This document shows positions 41,401-56,400 of a stretch of 64,000 nucleotides of DNA, piece after piece. How positions within the stretch are numbered: the first letter of the stretch is position 1; the number at the start of each line of letters is the position of its first letter. Location of the stretch: assembly GCF_009914755.1 (NCBI RefSeq), contig NC_060941.1. One strand, given 5' to 3'. The translations under genes were made by a program, and so were the position numbers. Origin of the DNA: the human T2T-CHM13v2.0 reference genome, Homo sapiens. The notes beneath the pieces are model-generated. The model saw nothing but the letters and a program-made list of their open reading frames with translations. It had not been told where the DNA came from and did not search any database.

Positions 41401-44400
41401 TCAGGCCTGTGGTGGAAAACGAATTATGGTCACATAAAAACTGGAGAGAAGCATTGTCAGAAACTTCTTTGTGATGATTGCATTCAACTCACAGAGTTGA
41501 AGGTTCCTTTTCAAAGAGCAGTTTCCAATCACTCTTTGTGTGGAATCTGCAAGTGGATATTTGGACCTATTTTGAAGATTTCGTTGGAAACGGGAGAATC
41601 TTCACAGGAAAGCTAAACAGAAGCATTCTCAGAAACTTCTTTGTGATGCTTGCATTCAACTCACAGAGTTGAACTTTCCTTTCGAGAGAGAAGCTTTGAA
41701 ACACTCTTTTTCCAGAATCTGCAAGTGGACATTTGGAGGGCTTTGAGGCCTGTGGTGGAAAAGGAATTATCTTCCCGTAAAAGCTAGATAGAAGCATTCT
41801 CAGAAACTACTTTGTGATGATTGCATTCAAGTCACAGAGTTGAACATTCCCTTTGACAGAGCAGTTTGGAAACTCTCTTTGTGTAGAATCTGCAAGTGGA
41901 GATATGGACCGCTTTGAGGCCTATGGTAGTAAAGGAAATAGCTTCATATAAAAGCTAGACAGTAGCATTCACAGAAAACTCTTGGTGACGACTGAGTTTA
42001 ACTCACAGAGCTGAACATTCCTTTGGATGGAGCAGTTTCGAAACACACTATTTGTAGAATGTGCAAGTGGATATTTAGGCCTCTCTGAGGATTTCGTTGG
42101 AAACGGGATAAACCGCACAGAACTAAACAGAAGCATTCTCAGAACCTTCTTCGTGATGTTTGCATTCAACTCACAGTGTTGAACCTTTCTTTGATAGTTC
42201 AGGTTTGAAACGGTCTTTCTGCAGAAACTGCAAGTAGATATTTGGACCGCTCTGAGGATTTCGTTGGAAACGGGATAACCCGCACAGAACTAAAACAGAA
42301 GCATTCTCAGAACCCTCTTCGTGATGTTTGCATTCAACTCACAGTGCTGAACCTTTCTTTGATAGTTCAGCTTTGAAACACTCTTTTTGTAGAAACTGCA
42401 AGTGGATATTTGGTCCTCTCTGAGCATTTCGTTGGAAACGGGATAAACTGCACAGAACTAAACAGAAGCATTCTCAGAACCTTCTTCGTGATGTCTGCAT
42501 TCAACTCACAGTGTGGAACCTTTCTTTGATAGTTCAGGTTTGAAACACTCTTTTTGTAGAAACTGCAAGGGGATAATTGCACTCTTTGAGGAGTACCGTA
42601 GTAAAGGAAATAACTTCCTATAAAAAGAAGACAGAAGCTTTCTCAGAAAATTCTTTGGGATGATTGAGTTGAACTCACAGAGCTGAGCATTCCTTGTGAT
42701 GTAGCAGTTTAGAAACACACTTTCTGCAGAATCTGCAAGTGCATATTTGGACCTCTGTGAGGAATTCGTTGGAAACGGGATAATTTCAGCTGACTAAACA
42801 GAAGCAGTCTCAGAATCTTCTTTGTGATGTTTGCATTCAAATCCCCGAGTTGAACTTTCCTTTCAAAGTTCACGTTTGAAACACTCTTTTTGCAGGATCT
42901 ACAAGTGGATATTTGGACCACTCTGTGTCCTTCGTTCGAAACGGGTATATCTTCACATGACATCTAGACAGAAGCATCCTCAGAAGCTTCTCTGTGATGA
43001 CTGCATTCAACTCACGGAGTTGAACACTCCTTTTGAGAGCGCAGTTTTGAAACTCTCTTTCTGTGGCATCTGCAAGGGGACATGTAGACCTCTTTGAAGA
43101 TTTCGTTGGAAACGGAATCATCTTCACATAAAAACTATACAGATGCATTCTCAGGAACTTTTTGGTGATGTTTGTATTCAACTCCCAGAGTTGAACTTTC
43201 CTTTGGAAAGAGCAGCTATGAAACACTGTTTTTCTAGAATCTGCAAGTGGACGTTTGGAGGGCTTTGTGGTTTGTGGTGGAAAAGGAAATATCTTCACCT
43301 AAATACTAGATAGAAGCATTCTCAGAAACTGCTTTGTGATGATTGCATTCACCTCACAGAGTTGAACATTCCTATTGATAGAGCAGTTTGGAAACACTCT
43401 TGTTGTGGAATGTGCAAGTGGAGATTTGGAGCGCTTTGAGGCCTATGGTAGTAAAGGGAATAGCTTCATAGAAAAACTAGACAGAAGCATTCTCAGAAAA
43501 TACTTTGTGATGATTGAGTTTAACTCACAGAGCTGAACATTCCTTTGGATGGAGCAGGTTTGAGACACACTTTTTGTAGAATCTACAAGTGGATATTTGG
43601 ACCTCTCTGAGGATTTCGTTGGAAACGGGATAACTGCACCTAACTAAACGGAAGCATTCTCAGAAACTTCTTGGTGATGTTTGCATTCAAATCCCAGAGT
43701 TGAACCTTCCTTTGATAGTTCAGGTTTGAAACACTCTTTTTGTAGGATCTGCAAGTGGATATTTGGACCACTCTGTGGCCTTCGTTCGAAACGGGTATAT
43801 CTTCGCATAAAATCTAGACAGAAGCCTTCTCAGAAACTTCTCTGTGATGATTGCATTCAACTCACAGAGTTGAACCCTCCTATGGATAGAGCAGTGTTGA
43901 AACTCTCTTTTTGTGGAATCTGCAAGTGGATATGTGGACCTCTCCGAAGATGTCTTTGGAAACGGGAATATCTTCACATAAAAACTAAACAGAAGCATTC
44001 TCAGAAACTTCTCTGTGATGTTTGTGTTCAACTCCCAGAGTTTCACATTGCTTTTCATAGAGTAGTTCTGAAACATGCTTTTCGTAGTGTCTACAAGTGG
44101 ACATTTGGAGCGCTTTCAGGCCTGTGGTGGAAAACGAATTATGGTCACATAAAAACTGGAGAGAAGCATTGTCAGAAACTTCTTTGTGATGATTGCATTC
44201 AACTCACAGAGTTGAAGGTTCCTTTTCAAAGAGCAGTTTCCAATCACTCTTTGTGTGGAATCTGCAAGTGGATATTCGGACCTATTTTGAAGATTTCGTT
44301 GGAAACGGGAGAATCTTCACAGGAAAGCTAAACAGAAGCATTCTCAGAAACTTCTTTGTGATGCTTGCATTCAACTCACAGAGTTGAACTTTCCTTTCGA

Positions 44401-47400
44401 GAGAGAAGCTTTGAAACACTCTTTTTCCAGAATCTGCAAGTGGACATTTGGAGGGCTTTGAGGCCTGTGGTGGAAAAGGAATTATCTTCCCGTAAAAGCT
44501 AGATAGAAGCATTCTCAGAAACTACTTTGTGATGATTGCATTCAAGTCACAGAGTTGAACATTCCCTTTGACAGAGCAGTTTGGAAACTCTCTTTGTGTA
44601 GAATCTGCAAGTGGAGATATGGACCGCTTTGAGGCCTATGGTAGTAAAGGAAATAGCTTCATATAAAAGCTAGACAGTAGCATTCACAGAAAACTCTTGG
44701 TGACGACTGAGTTTAACTCACAGAGCTGAACATTCCTTTGGATGGAGCAGTTTCGAAACACACTATTTGTAGAATGTGCAAGTGGATATTTAGGCCTCTC
44801 TGAGGATTTCGTTGGAAACGGGATAAACCGCACAGAACTAAACAGAAGCATTCTCAGAACCTTCTTCGTGATGTTTGCATTCAACTCACAGTGTTGAACC
44901 TTTCTTTGATAGTTCAGGTTTGAAACGGTCTTTCTGTAGAAACTGCAAGTAGATATTTGGACCTCTCTGAGGATTTCGTTGGAAACGGGATAACCCGCAC
45001 AGAACTAAAACAGAAGCATTCTCAGAACCCTCTTCGTGATGTTTGCATTCAACTCACAGTGCTGAACCTTTCTTTGATAGTTCAGCTTTGAAACACTCTT
45101 TTTGTAGAAACTGCAAGTGGATATTTGGTCCTCTCTGAGCATTTCGTTGGAAACGGGATAAACTGCACAGAACTAAACAGAAGCATTCTCAGAACCTTCT
45201 TCGTGATGTCTGCATTCAACTCACAGTGTGGAACCTTTCTTTGATAGTTCAGGTTTGAAACACTCTTTTTGTAGAAACTGCAAGGGGATAATTGCACTCT
45301 TTGAGGAGTACCGTAGTAAAGGAAATAACTTCCTATAAAAAGAAGACAGAAGCTTTCTCAGAAAATTCTTTGGGATGATTGAGTTGAACTCACAGAGCTG
45401 AGCATTCCTTGCGATGTAGCAGTTTAGAAACACACTTTCTGCAGAATCTGCAAGTGCATATTTGGACCTCTGTGAGGAATTCGTTGGAAACGGGATAATT
45501 TCAGCTGACTAAACAGAAGCAGTCTCAGAATCTTCTTTGTGATGTTTGCATTCAAATCCCCGAGTTGAACTTTCCTTTCAAAGTTCACGTTTGAAACACT
45601 CTTTTTGCAGGATCTACAAGTGGATATTTGGACCACTCTGTGTCCTTCGTTCGAAACGGGTATATCTTCACATGACATCTAGACAGAAGCATCCTCAGAA
45701 GCTTCTCTGTGATGACTGCATTCAACTCACGGAGTTGAACACTCCTTTTGAGAGCGCAGTTTTGAAACTCTCTTTCTGTGGCATCTGCAAGGGGACATGT
45801 AGACCTCTTTGAAGATTTCGTTGGAAACGGAATCATCTTCACATAAAAACTATACAGATGCATTCTCAGGAACTTTTTGGTGATGTTTGTATTCAACTCC
45901 CAGAGTTGAACTTTCCTTTGGAAAGAGCAGCTATGAAACACTGTTTTTCTAGAATCTGCAAGTGGACGTTTGGAGGGCTTTGTGGTTTGTGGTGGAAAAG
46001 GAAATATCTTCACCTAAATACTAGATAGAAGCATTCTCAGAAACTGCTTTGTGATGATTGCATTCACCTCACAGAGTTGAACATTCCTATTGATAGAGCA
46101 GTTTGGAAACACTCTTGTTGTGGAATGTGCAAGTGGAGATTTGGAGCGCTTTGAGGCCTATGGTAGTAAAGGGAATAGCTTCATAGAAAAACTAGACAGA
46201 AGCATTCTCAGAAAATACTTTGTGAAGATTGAGTTTAACTCACAGAGCTGAACATTCCTTTGGATGGAGCAGGTTTGAGACACACTTTTTGTAGAATCTA
46301 CAAGTGGATATTTGGACCTCTCTGAGGATTTCGTTGGAAACGGGATAACTGCACCTAACTAAACGGAAGCATTCTCAGAAACTTCTTGGTGATGTTTGCA
46401 TTCAAATCCCAGAGTTGAACCTTCCTTTGATAGTTCAGGTTTGAAACACTCTTTTTGTAGGATCTGCAAGTGGATATTTGGACCACTCTGTGGCCTTCGT
46501 TCGAAACGGGTACATCTTCGCATAAAATCTAGACAGAAGCCTTCTCAGAAACTTCTCTGTGATGATTGCATTCAACTCACAGAGTTGAACCCTCCTATGG
46601 ATAGAGCAGTGTTGAAACTCTCTTTTTGTGGAATCTGCAAGTGGATATGTGGACCTCTCCGAAGATGTCTTTGGAAACGGGAATATCTTCACATAAAAAC
46701 TAAACAGAAGCATTCTCAGAAACTTCTCTGTGATGTTTGTGTTCAACTCCCAGAGTTTCACATTGCTTTTCATAGAGTAGTTCTGAAACATGCTTTTCGT
46801 AGTGTCTACAAGTGGACATTTGGAGCGCTTTCAGGCCTGTGGTGGAAAACGAATTATGGTCACATAAAAACTGGAGAGAAGCATTGTCAGAAACTTCTTT
46901 GTGATGATTGCATTCAACTCACAGAGTTGAAGGTTCCTTTTCAAAGAGCAGTTTCCAATCACTCTTTGTGTGGAATCTGCAAGTGGATATTTGGACCTAT
47001 TTTGAAGATTTCGTTGGAAACGGGAGAATCTTCACAGGAAAGCTAAACAGAAGCATTCTCAGAAACTTCTTTGTGATGCTTGCATTCAACTCACAGAGTT
47101 GAACTTTCCTTTCGAGAGAGAAGCTTTGAAACACTCTTTTTCCAGAATCTGCAAGTGGACATTTGGAGGGCTTTGAGGCCTGTGGTGGAAAAGGAATTAT
47201 CTTCCCGTAAAAGCTAGATAGAAGCATTCTCAGAAACTACTTTGTGATGATTGCATTCAAGTCACAGAGTTGAACATTCCCTTTGACAGAGCAGTTTGGA
47301 AACTCTCTTTGTGTAGAATCTGCAAGTGGAGATATGGACCGCTTTGAGGCCTATGGTAGTAAAGGAAATAGCTTCATATAAAAGCTAGACAGTAGCATTC

Positions 47401-50400
47401 ACAGAAAACTCTTGGTGACGACTGAGTTTAACTCACAGAGCTGAACATTCCTTTGGATGGAGCAGTTTCGAAACACACTATTTGTAGAATGTGCAAGTGG
47501 ATATTTAGGCCTCTCTGAGGATTTCGTTGGAAACGGGATAAACCGCACAGAACTAAACAGAAGCATTCTCAGAACCTTCTTCGTGATGTTTGCATTCAAC
47601 TCACAGTGTTGAACCTTTCTTTGATAGTTCAGGTTTGAAACGGTCTTTCTGCAGAAACTGCAAGTAGATATTTGGACCGCTCTGAGGATTTCGTTGGAAA
47701 CGGGATAACCCGCACAGAACTAAAACAGAAGCATTCTCAGAACCCTCTTCGTGATGTTTGCATTCAACTCACAGTGCTGAACCTTTCTTTGATAGTTCAG
47801 CTTTGAAACACTCTTTTTGTAGAAACTGCAAGTGGATATTTGGTCCTCTCTGAGGAATTCGTTGGAAACGGGATAAACTGCACAGAACTAAACAGAAGCA
47901 TTCTCAGAACCTTCTTCGTGATGTCTGCATTCAACTCACAGTGTGGAACCTTTCTTTGATAGTTCAGGTTTGAAACACTCTTTTTGTAGAAACTGCAAGG
48001 GGATAATTGCACTCTTTGAGGAGTACCGTAGTAAAGGAAATAACTTCCTATAAAAAGAAGACAGAAGCTTTCTCAGAAAATTCTTTGGGATGATTGAGTT
48101 GAACTCACAGAGCTGAGCATTCCTTGCGATGTAGCAGTTTAGAAACACACTTTCTGCAGAATCTGCAAGTGCATATTTGGACCTCTGTGAGGAATTCGTT
48201 GGAAACGGGATAATTTCAGCTGACTAAACAGAAGCAGTCTCAGAATCTTCTTTGTGATGTTTGCATTCAAATCCCCGAGTTGAACTTTCCTTTCAAAGTT
48301 CACGTTTGAAACACTCTTTTTGCAGGATCTACAAGTGGATATTTGGACCACTCTGTGTCCTTCGTTCGAAACGGGTATATCTTCACATGACATCTAGACA
48401 GAAGCATCCTCAGAAGCTTCTCTGTGATGACTGCATTCAACTCACGGAGTTGAACACTCCTTTTGAGAGCGCAGTTTTGAAACTCTCTTTCTGTGGCATC
48501 TGCAAGGGGACATGTAGACCTCTTTGAAGATTTCGTTGGAAACGGAATCATCTTCACATAAAAACTATACAGATGCATTCTCAGGAACTTTTTGGTGATG
48601 TTTGTATTCAACTCCCAGAGTTGAACTTTCCTTTGGAAAGAGCAGCTATGAAACACTCTTTTTCTAGAATCTGCAAGTGGACGTTTGGAGGGCTTTGTGG
48701 TTTGTGGTGGAAAAGGAAATATCTTCACCTAAATACTAGATAGAAGCATTCTCAGAAACTGCTTTGTGATGATTGCATTCACCTCACAGAGTTGAACATT
48801 CCTATTGATAGAGCAGTTTGGAAACACTCTTGTTGTGGAATGTGCAAGTGGAGATTTGGAGCGCTTTGAGGCCTATGGTAGTAAAGGGAATAGCTTCATA
48901 GAAAAACTAGACAGAAGCATTCTCAGAAAATACTTTGTGATGATTGAGTTTAACTCACAGAGCTGAACATTCCTTTGGATGGAGCAGGTTTGAGACACAC
49001 CTTTTGTAGAATCTACAAGTGGATATTTGGACCTCTCTGAGGATTTCGTTGGAAACGGGATAACTGCACCTAACTAAACGGAAGCATTCTCAGAAACTTC
49101 TTGGTGATGTTTGCATTCAAATCCCAGAGTTGAACCTTCCTTTGATAGTTCAGGTTTGAAACACTCTTTTTGTAGGATCTGCAAGTGGATATTTGGACCA
49201 CTCTGTGGCCTTCGTTCGAAACGGGTACATCTTCGCATAAAATCTAGACAGAAGCCTTCTCAGAAACTTCTCTGTGATGATTGCATTCAACTCACAGAGT
49301 TGAACCCTCCTATGGATAGAGCAGTGTTGAAACTCTCTTTTTGTGGAATCTGCAAGTGGATATGTGGACCTCTCCGAAGATGTCTTTGGAAACGGGAATA
49401 TCTTCACATAAAAACTTAACAGAAGCATTCTCAGAAACTTCTCTGTGATGTTTGTGTTCAACTCCCAGAGTTTCACATTGCTTTTCATAGAGTAGTTCTG
49501 AAACATGCTTTTCGTAGTGTCTACAAGTGGACATTTGGAGCGCTTTCAGGCCTGTGGTGGAAAACGAATTATGGTCACATAAAAACTGGAGAGAAGCATT
49601 GTCAGAAACTTCTTTGTGATGATTGCATTCAACTCACAGAGTTGAAGGTTCCTTTTCAAAGAGCAGTTTCCAATCACTCTTTCTGTGGAATCTGCAAGTG
49701 GATATTTGGACCTATTTTGAAGATTTCGTTGGAAACGGGAGAATCTTCACAGGAAAGCTAAACAGAAGCATTCTCAGAAACTTCTTTGTGATGCTTGCAT
49801 TCAACTCACAGAGTTGAACTTTCCTTTCGAGAGAGAAGCTTTGAAACACTCTTTTTCCAGAATCTGCAAGTGGACATTTGGAGGGCTTTGAGGCCTGTGG
49901 TGGAAAAGGAATTATCTTCCCGTAAAAGCTAGATAGAAGCATTCTCAGAAACTACTTTGTGATGATTGCATTCAAGTCACAGAGTTGAACATTCCCTTTG
50001 ACAGAGCAGTTTGGAAACTCTCTTTGTGTAGAATCTGCAAGTGGAGATATGGACCGCTTTGAGGCCTATGGTAGTAAAGGAAATAGCTTCATATAAAAGC
50101 TAGACAGTAGCATTCACAGAAAACTCTTGGTGACGACTGAGTTTAACTCACAGAGCTGAACATTCCTTTGGATGGAGCAGTTTCGAAACACACTATTTGT
50201 AGAATGTGCAAGTGGATATTTAGGCCTCTCTGAGGATTTCGTTGGAAACGGGATAAACCACACAGAACTAAACAGAAGCATTCTCAGAACCTTCTTCGTG
50301 ATGTTTGCATTCAACTCACAGTGTTGAACCTTTCTTTGATAGTTCAGGTTTGAAACGGTCTTTCTGTAGAAACTGCAAGTAGATATTTGGACCGCTCTGA

Positions 50401-53400
50401 GGATTTCGTTGGAAACGGGATAACCCGCACAGAACTAAAACAGAAGCATTCTCAGAACCCTCTTCGTGATGTTTGCATTCAACTCACAGTGCTGAACCTT
50501 TCTTTGATAGTTCAGCTTTGAAACACTCTTTTTGTAGAAACTGCAAGTGGATATTTGGTCCTCTCTGAGGATTTCGTTGGAAACGGGATAAACTGCACAG
50601 AACTAAACAGAAGCATTCTCAGAACCTTCTTCGTGATGTCTGCATTCAACTCACAGTGTGGAACCTTTCTTTGATAGTTCAGGTTTGAAACACTCTTTTT
50701 GTAGAAACTGCAAGGGGATAATTGCACTCTTTGAGGAGTACCGTAGTAAAGGAAATAACTTCCTATAAAAAGAAGACAGAAGCTTTCTCAGAAAATTCTT
50801 TGGGATGATTGAGTTGAACTCACAGAGCTGAGCATTCCTTGCAATGTAGCAGTTTAGAAACACACTTTCTGCAGAATCTGCAAGTGCATATTTGGACCTC
50901 TGTGAGGAATTCGTTGGAAACGGGATAATTTCAGCTGACTAAACAGAAGCAGTCTCAGAATCTTCTTTGTGATGTTTGCATTCAAATCCCCGAGTTGAAC
51001 TTTCCTTTCAAAGTTCACGTTTGAAACACTCTTTTTGCAGGATCTACAAGTGGATATTTGGACCACTCTGTGTCCTTCGTTCGAAACGGGTATATCTTCA
51101 CATGACATCTAGACAGAAGCATCCTCAGAAGCTTCTCTGTGATGACTGCATTCAACTCACGGAGTTGAACACTCCTTTTGAGAGCGCAGTTTTGAAACTC
51201 TCTTTCTGTGGCATCTGCAAGGGGACATGTAGACCTCTTTGAAGATTTCGTTGGAAACGGAATCATCTTCACATAAAAACTACACAGATGCATTCTCAGG
51301 AACTTTTTGGTGATGTTTGTATTCAACTCCCAGAGTTGAACTTTCCTTTGGAAAGAGCAGCTATGAAACACTGTTTTTCTAGAATCTGCAAGTGGACGTT
51401 TGGAGGGCTTTGTGGTTTGTGGTGGAAAAGGAAATATCTTCACCTAAATACTAGATAGAAGCATTCTCAGAAACTGCTTTGTGATGATTGCATTCACCTC
51501 ACAGAGTTGAACATTCCTATTGATAGAGCAGTTTGGAAACACTCTTGTTGTGGAATGTGCAAGTGGAGATTTGGAGCGCTTTGAGGCCTATGGTAGTAAA
51601 GGGAATAGCTTCATAGAAAAACTAGACAGAAGCATTCTCAGAAAATACTTTGTGATGATTGAGTTTAACTCACAGAGCTGAACATTCCTTTGGATGGTGC
51701 AGGTTTGAGACACACTTTTTGTAGAATCTACAAGTGGATATTTGGACCTCTCTGAGGATTTCGTTGGAAACGGGATAACTGCACCTAACTAAACGGAAGC
51801 ATTCTCAGAAACTTCTTGGTGATGTTTGCATTCAAATCCCAGAGTTGAACCTTCCTTTGATAGTTCAGGTTTGAAACACTCTTTTTGTAGGATCTGCAAG
51901 TGGATATTTGGACCACTCTGTGGCCTTCGTTCGAAACGGGTATATCTTCGCATAAAATCTAGACAGAAGCCTTCTCAGAAACTTCTCTGTGATGATTGCA
52001 TTCAACTCACAGAGTTGAACCCTCCTATGGATAGAGCAGTGTTGAAACTCTCTTTTTGTGGAATCTGCAAGTGGATATGTGGACCTCTCCGAAGATGTCT
52101 TTGGAAACGGGAATATCTTCACATAAAAACTAAACAGAAGCATTCTCAGAAACTTCTCTGTGATGTTTGTGTTCAACTCCCAGAGTTTCACATTGCTTTT
52201 CATAGAGTAGTTCTGAAACATGCTTTTCGTAGTGTCTACAAGTGGACATTTGGAGCGCTTTCAGGCCTGTGGTGGAAAACGAATTATGGTCACATAAAAA
52301 CTGGAGAGAAGCATTGTCAGAAACTTCTTTGTGATGATTGCATTCAACTCACAGAGTTGAAGGTTCCTTTTCAAAGAGCAGTTTCCAATCACTCTTTCTG
52401 TGGAATCTGCAAGTGGATATTTGGACCTATTTTGAAGATTTCGTTGGAAACGGGAGAATCTTCACAGGAAAGCTAAACAGAAGCATTCTCAGAAACTTCT
52501 TTGTGATGCTTGCATTCAACTCACAGAGTTGAACTTTCCTTTCGAGAGAGAAGCTTTGAAACACTCTTTTTCCAGAATCTGCAAGTGGACATTTGGAGGG
52601 CTTTGAGGCCTGTGGTGGAAAAGGAATTATCTTCCCGTAAAAGCTAGATAGAAGCATTCTCAGAAACTACTTTGTGATGATTGCATTCAAGTCACAGAGT
52701 TGAACATTCCCTTTGACAGAGCAGTTTGGAAACTCTCTTTGTGTAGAATCTGCAAGTGGAGATATGGACCGCTTTGAGGCCTATGGTAGTAAAGGAAATA
52801 GCTTCATATAAAAGCTAGACAGTAGCATTCACAGAAAACTCTTGGTGACGACTGAGTTTAACTCACAGAGCTGAACATTCCTTTGGATGGAGCAGTTTCG
52901 AAACACACTATTTGTAGAATGTGCAAGTGGATATTTAGGCCTCTCTGAGGATTTCGTTGGAAACGGGATAAACCGCACAGAACTAAACAGAAGCATTCTC
53001 AGAACCTTCTTCGTGATGTTTGCATTCAACTCACAGTGTTGAACCTTTCTTTGATAGTTCAGGTTTGAAACGGTCTTTCTGCAGGAACTGCAAGTAGATA
53101 TTTGGACCGCTCTGAGGATTTCGTTGGAAACGGGATAACCCGCACAGAACTAAAACAGAAGCATTCTCAGAACCCTCTTCGTGATGTTTGCATTCAACTC
53201 ACAGTGCTGAACCTTTCTTTGATAGTTCAGCTTTGAAACACTCTTTTTGTAGAAACTGCAAGTGGATATTTGGTCCTCTCTGAGGAATTCGTTGGAAACG
53301 GGATAAACTGCACAGAACTAAACAGAAGCATTCTCAGAACCTTCTTCGTGATGTCTGCATTCAACTCACAGTGTGGAACCTTTCTTTGATAGTTCAGGTT

Positions 53401-56400
53401 TGAAACACTCTTTTTGTAGAAACTGCAAGGGGATAATTGCACTCTTTGAGGAGTACCGTAGTAAAGGAAATAACTTCCTATAAAAAGAAGACAGAAGCTT
53501 TCTCAGAAAATTCTTTGGGATGATTGAGTTGAACTCACAGAGCTGAGCATTCCTTGCGATGTAGCAGTTTAGAAACACACTTTCTGCAGAATCTGCAAGT
53601 GCATATTTGGACCTCTGTGAGGAATTCGTTGGAAACGGGATAATTTCAGCTGACTAAACAGAAGCAGTCTCAGAATCTTCTTTGTGATGTTTGCATTCAA
53701 ATCCCCGAGTTGAACTTTCCTTTCAAAGTTCACGTTTGAAACACTCTTTTTGCAGGATCTACAAGTGGATATTTGGACCACTCTGTGTCCTTCGTTCGAA
53801 ACGGGTATATCTTCACATGACATCTAGACAGAAGCATCCTCAGAAGCTTCTCTGTGATGACTGCATTCAACTCACGGAGTTGAACACTCCTTTTGAGAGC
53901 GCAGTTTTGAAACTCTCTTTCTGTGGCATCTGCAAGGGGACATGTAGACCTCTTTGAAGATTTCGTTGGAAACGGAATCATCTTCACATAAAAACTATAC
54001 AGATGCATTCTCAGGAACTTTTTGGTGATGTTTGTATTCAACTCCCAGAGTTGAACTTTCCTTTGGAAAGAGCAGCTATGAAACACTCTTTTTCTAGAAT
54101 CTGCAAGTGGACGTTTGGAGGGCTTTGTGGTTTGTGGTGGAAAAGGAAATATCTTCACCTAAATACTAGATAGAAGCATTCTCAGAAACTGCTTTGTGAT
54201 GATTGCATTCACCTCACAGAGTTGAACATTCCTATTGATAGAGCAGTTTGGAAACACTCTTGTTGTGGAATGTGCAAGTGGAGATTTGGAGCGCTTTGAG
54301 GCCTATGGTAGTAAAGGGAATAGCTTCATAGAAAAACTAGACAGAAGCATTCTCAGAAAATACTTTGTGATGATTGAGTTTAACTCACAGAGCTGAACAT
54401 TCCTTTGGATGGAGCAGGTTTGAGACACACCTTTTGTAGAATCTACAAGTGGATATTTGGACCTCTCTGAGGATTTCGTTGGAAACGGGATAACTGCACC
54501 TAACTAAACGGAAGCATTCTCAGAAACTTCTTGGTGATGTTTGCATTCAAATCCCAGAGTTGAACCTTCCTTTGATAGTTCAGGTTTGAAACACTCTTTT
54601 TGTAGGATCTGCAAGTGGATATTTGGACCACTCTGTGGCCTTCGTTCGAAACGGGTACATCTTCGCATAAAATCTAGACAGAAGCCTTCTCAGAAACTTC
54701 TCTGTGATGATTGCATTCAACTCACAGAGTTGAACCCTCCTATGGATAGAGCAGTGTTGAAACTCTCTTTTTGTGGAATCTGCAAGTGGATATGTGGACC
54801 TCTCCGAAGATGTCTTTGGAAACGGGAATATCTTCACATAAAAACTTAACAGAAGCATTCTCAGAAACTTCTCTGTGATGTTTGTGTTCAACTCCCAGAG
54901 TTTCACATTGCTTTTCATAGAGTAGTTCTGAAACATGCTTTTCGTAGTGTCTACAAGTGGACATTTGGAGCGCTTTCAGGCCTGTGGTGGAAAACGAATT
55001 ATGGTCACATAAAAACTGGAGAGAAGCATTGTCAGAAACTTCTTTGTGATGATTGCATTCAACTCACAGAGTTGAAGGTTCCTTTTCAAAGAGCAGTTTC
55101 CAATCACTCTTTCTGTGGAATCTGCAAGTGGATATTTGGACCTATTTTGAAGATTTCGTTGGAAACGGGAGAATCTTCACAGGAAAGCTAAACAGAAGCA
55201 TTCTCAGAAACTTCTTTGTGATGCTTGCATTCAACTCACAGAGTTGAACTTTCCTTTCGAGAGAGAAGCTTTGAAACACTCTTTTTCCAGAATCTGCAAG
55301 TGGACATTTGGAGGGCTTTGAGGCCTGTGGTGGAAAAGGAATTATCTTCCCGTAAAAGCTAGATAGAAGCATTCTCAGAAACTACTTTGTGATGATTGCA
55401 TTCAAGTCACAGAGTTGAACATTCCCTTTGACAGAGCAGTTTGGAAACTCTCTTTGTGTAGAATCTGCAAGTGGAGATATGGACCGCTTTGAGGCCTATG
55501 GTAGTAAAGGAAATAGCTTCATATAAAAGCTAGACAGTAGCATTCACAGAAAACTCTTGGTGACGACTGAGTTTAACTCACAGAGCTGAACATTCCTTTG
55601 GATGGAGCAGTTTCGAAACACACTATTTGTAGAATGTGCAAGTGGATATTTAGGCCTCTCTGAGGATTTCGTTGGAAACGGGATAAACCGCACAGAACTA
55701 AACAGAAGCATTCTCAGAACCTTCTTCGTGATGTTTGCATTCAACTCACAGTGTTGAACCTTTCTTTGATAGTTCAGGTTTGAAACGGTCTTTCTGTAGA
55801 AACTGCAAGTAGATATTTGGACCTCTCTGAGGATTTCGTTGGAAACGGGATAACCCGCACAGAACTAAAACAGAAGCATTCTCAGAACCCTCTTCGTGAT
55901 GTTTGCATTCAACTCACAGTGCTGAACCTTTCTTTGATAGTTCAGCTTTGAAACACTCTTTTTGTAGAAACTGCAAGTGGATATTTGGTCCTCTCTGAGG
56001 ATTTCGTTGGAAACGGGATAAACTGCACAGAACTAAACAGAAGCATTCTCAGAACCTTCTTCGTGATGTCTGCATTCAACTCACAGTGTGGAACCTTTCT
56101 TTGATAGTTCAGGTTTGAAACACTCTTTTTGTAGAAACTGCAAGGGGATAATTGCACTCTTTGAGGAGTACCGTAGTAAAGGAAATAACTTCCTATAAAA
56201 AGAAGACAGAAGCTTTCTCAGAAAATTCTTTGGGATGATTGAGTTGAACTCACAGAGCTGAGCATTCCTTGCGATGTAGCAGTTTAGAAACACACTTTCT
56301 GCAGAATCTGCAAGTGCATATTTGGACCTCTGTGAGGAATTCGTTGGAAACGGGATAATTTCAGCTGACTAAACAGAAGCAGTCTCAGAATCTTCTTTGT

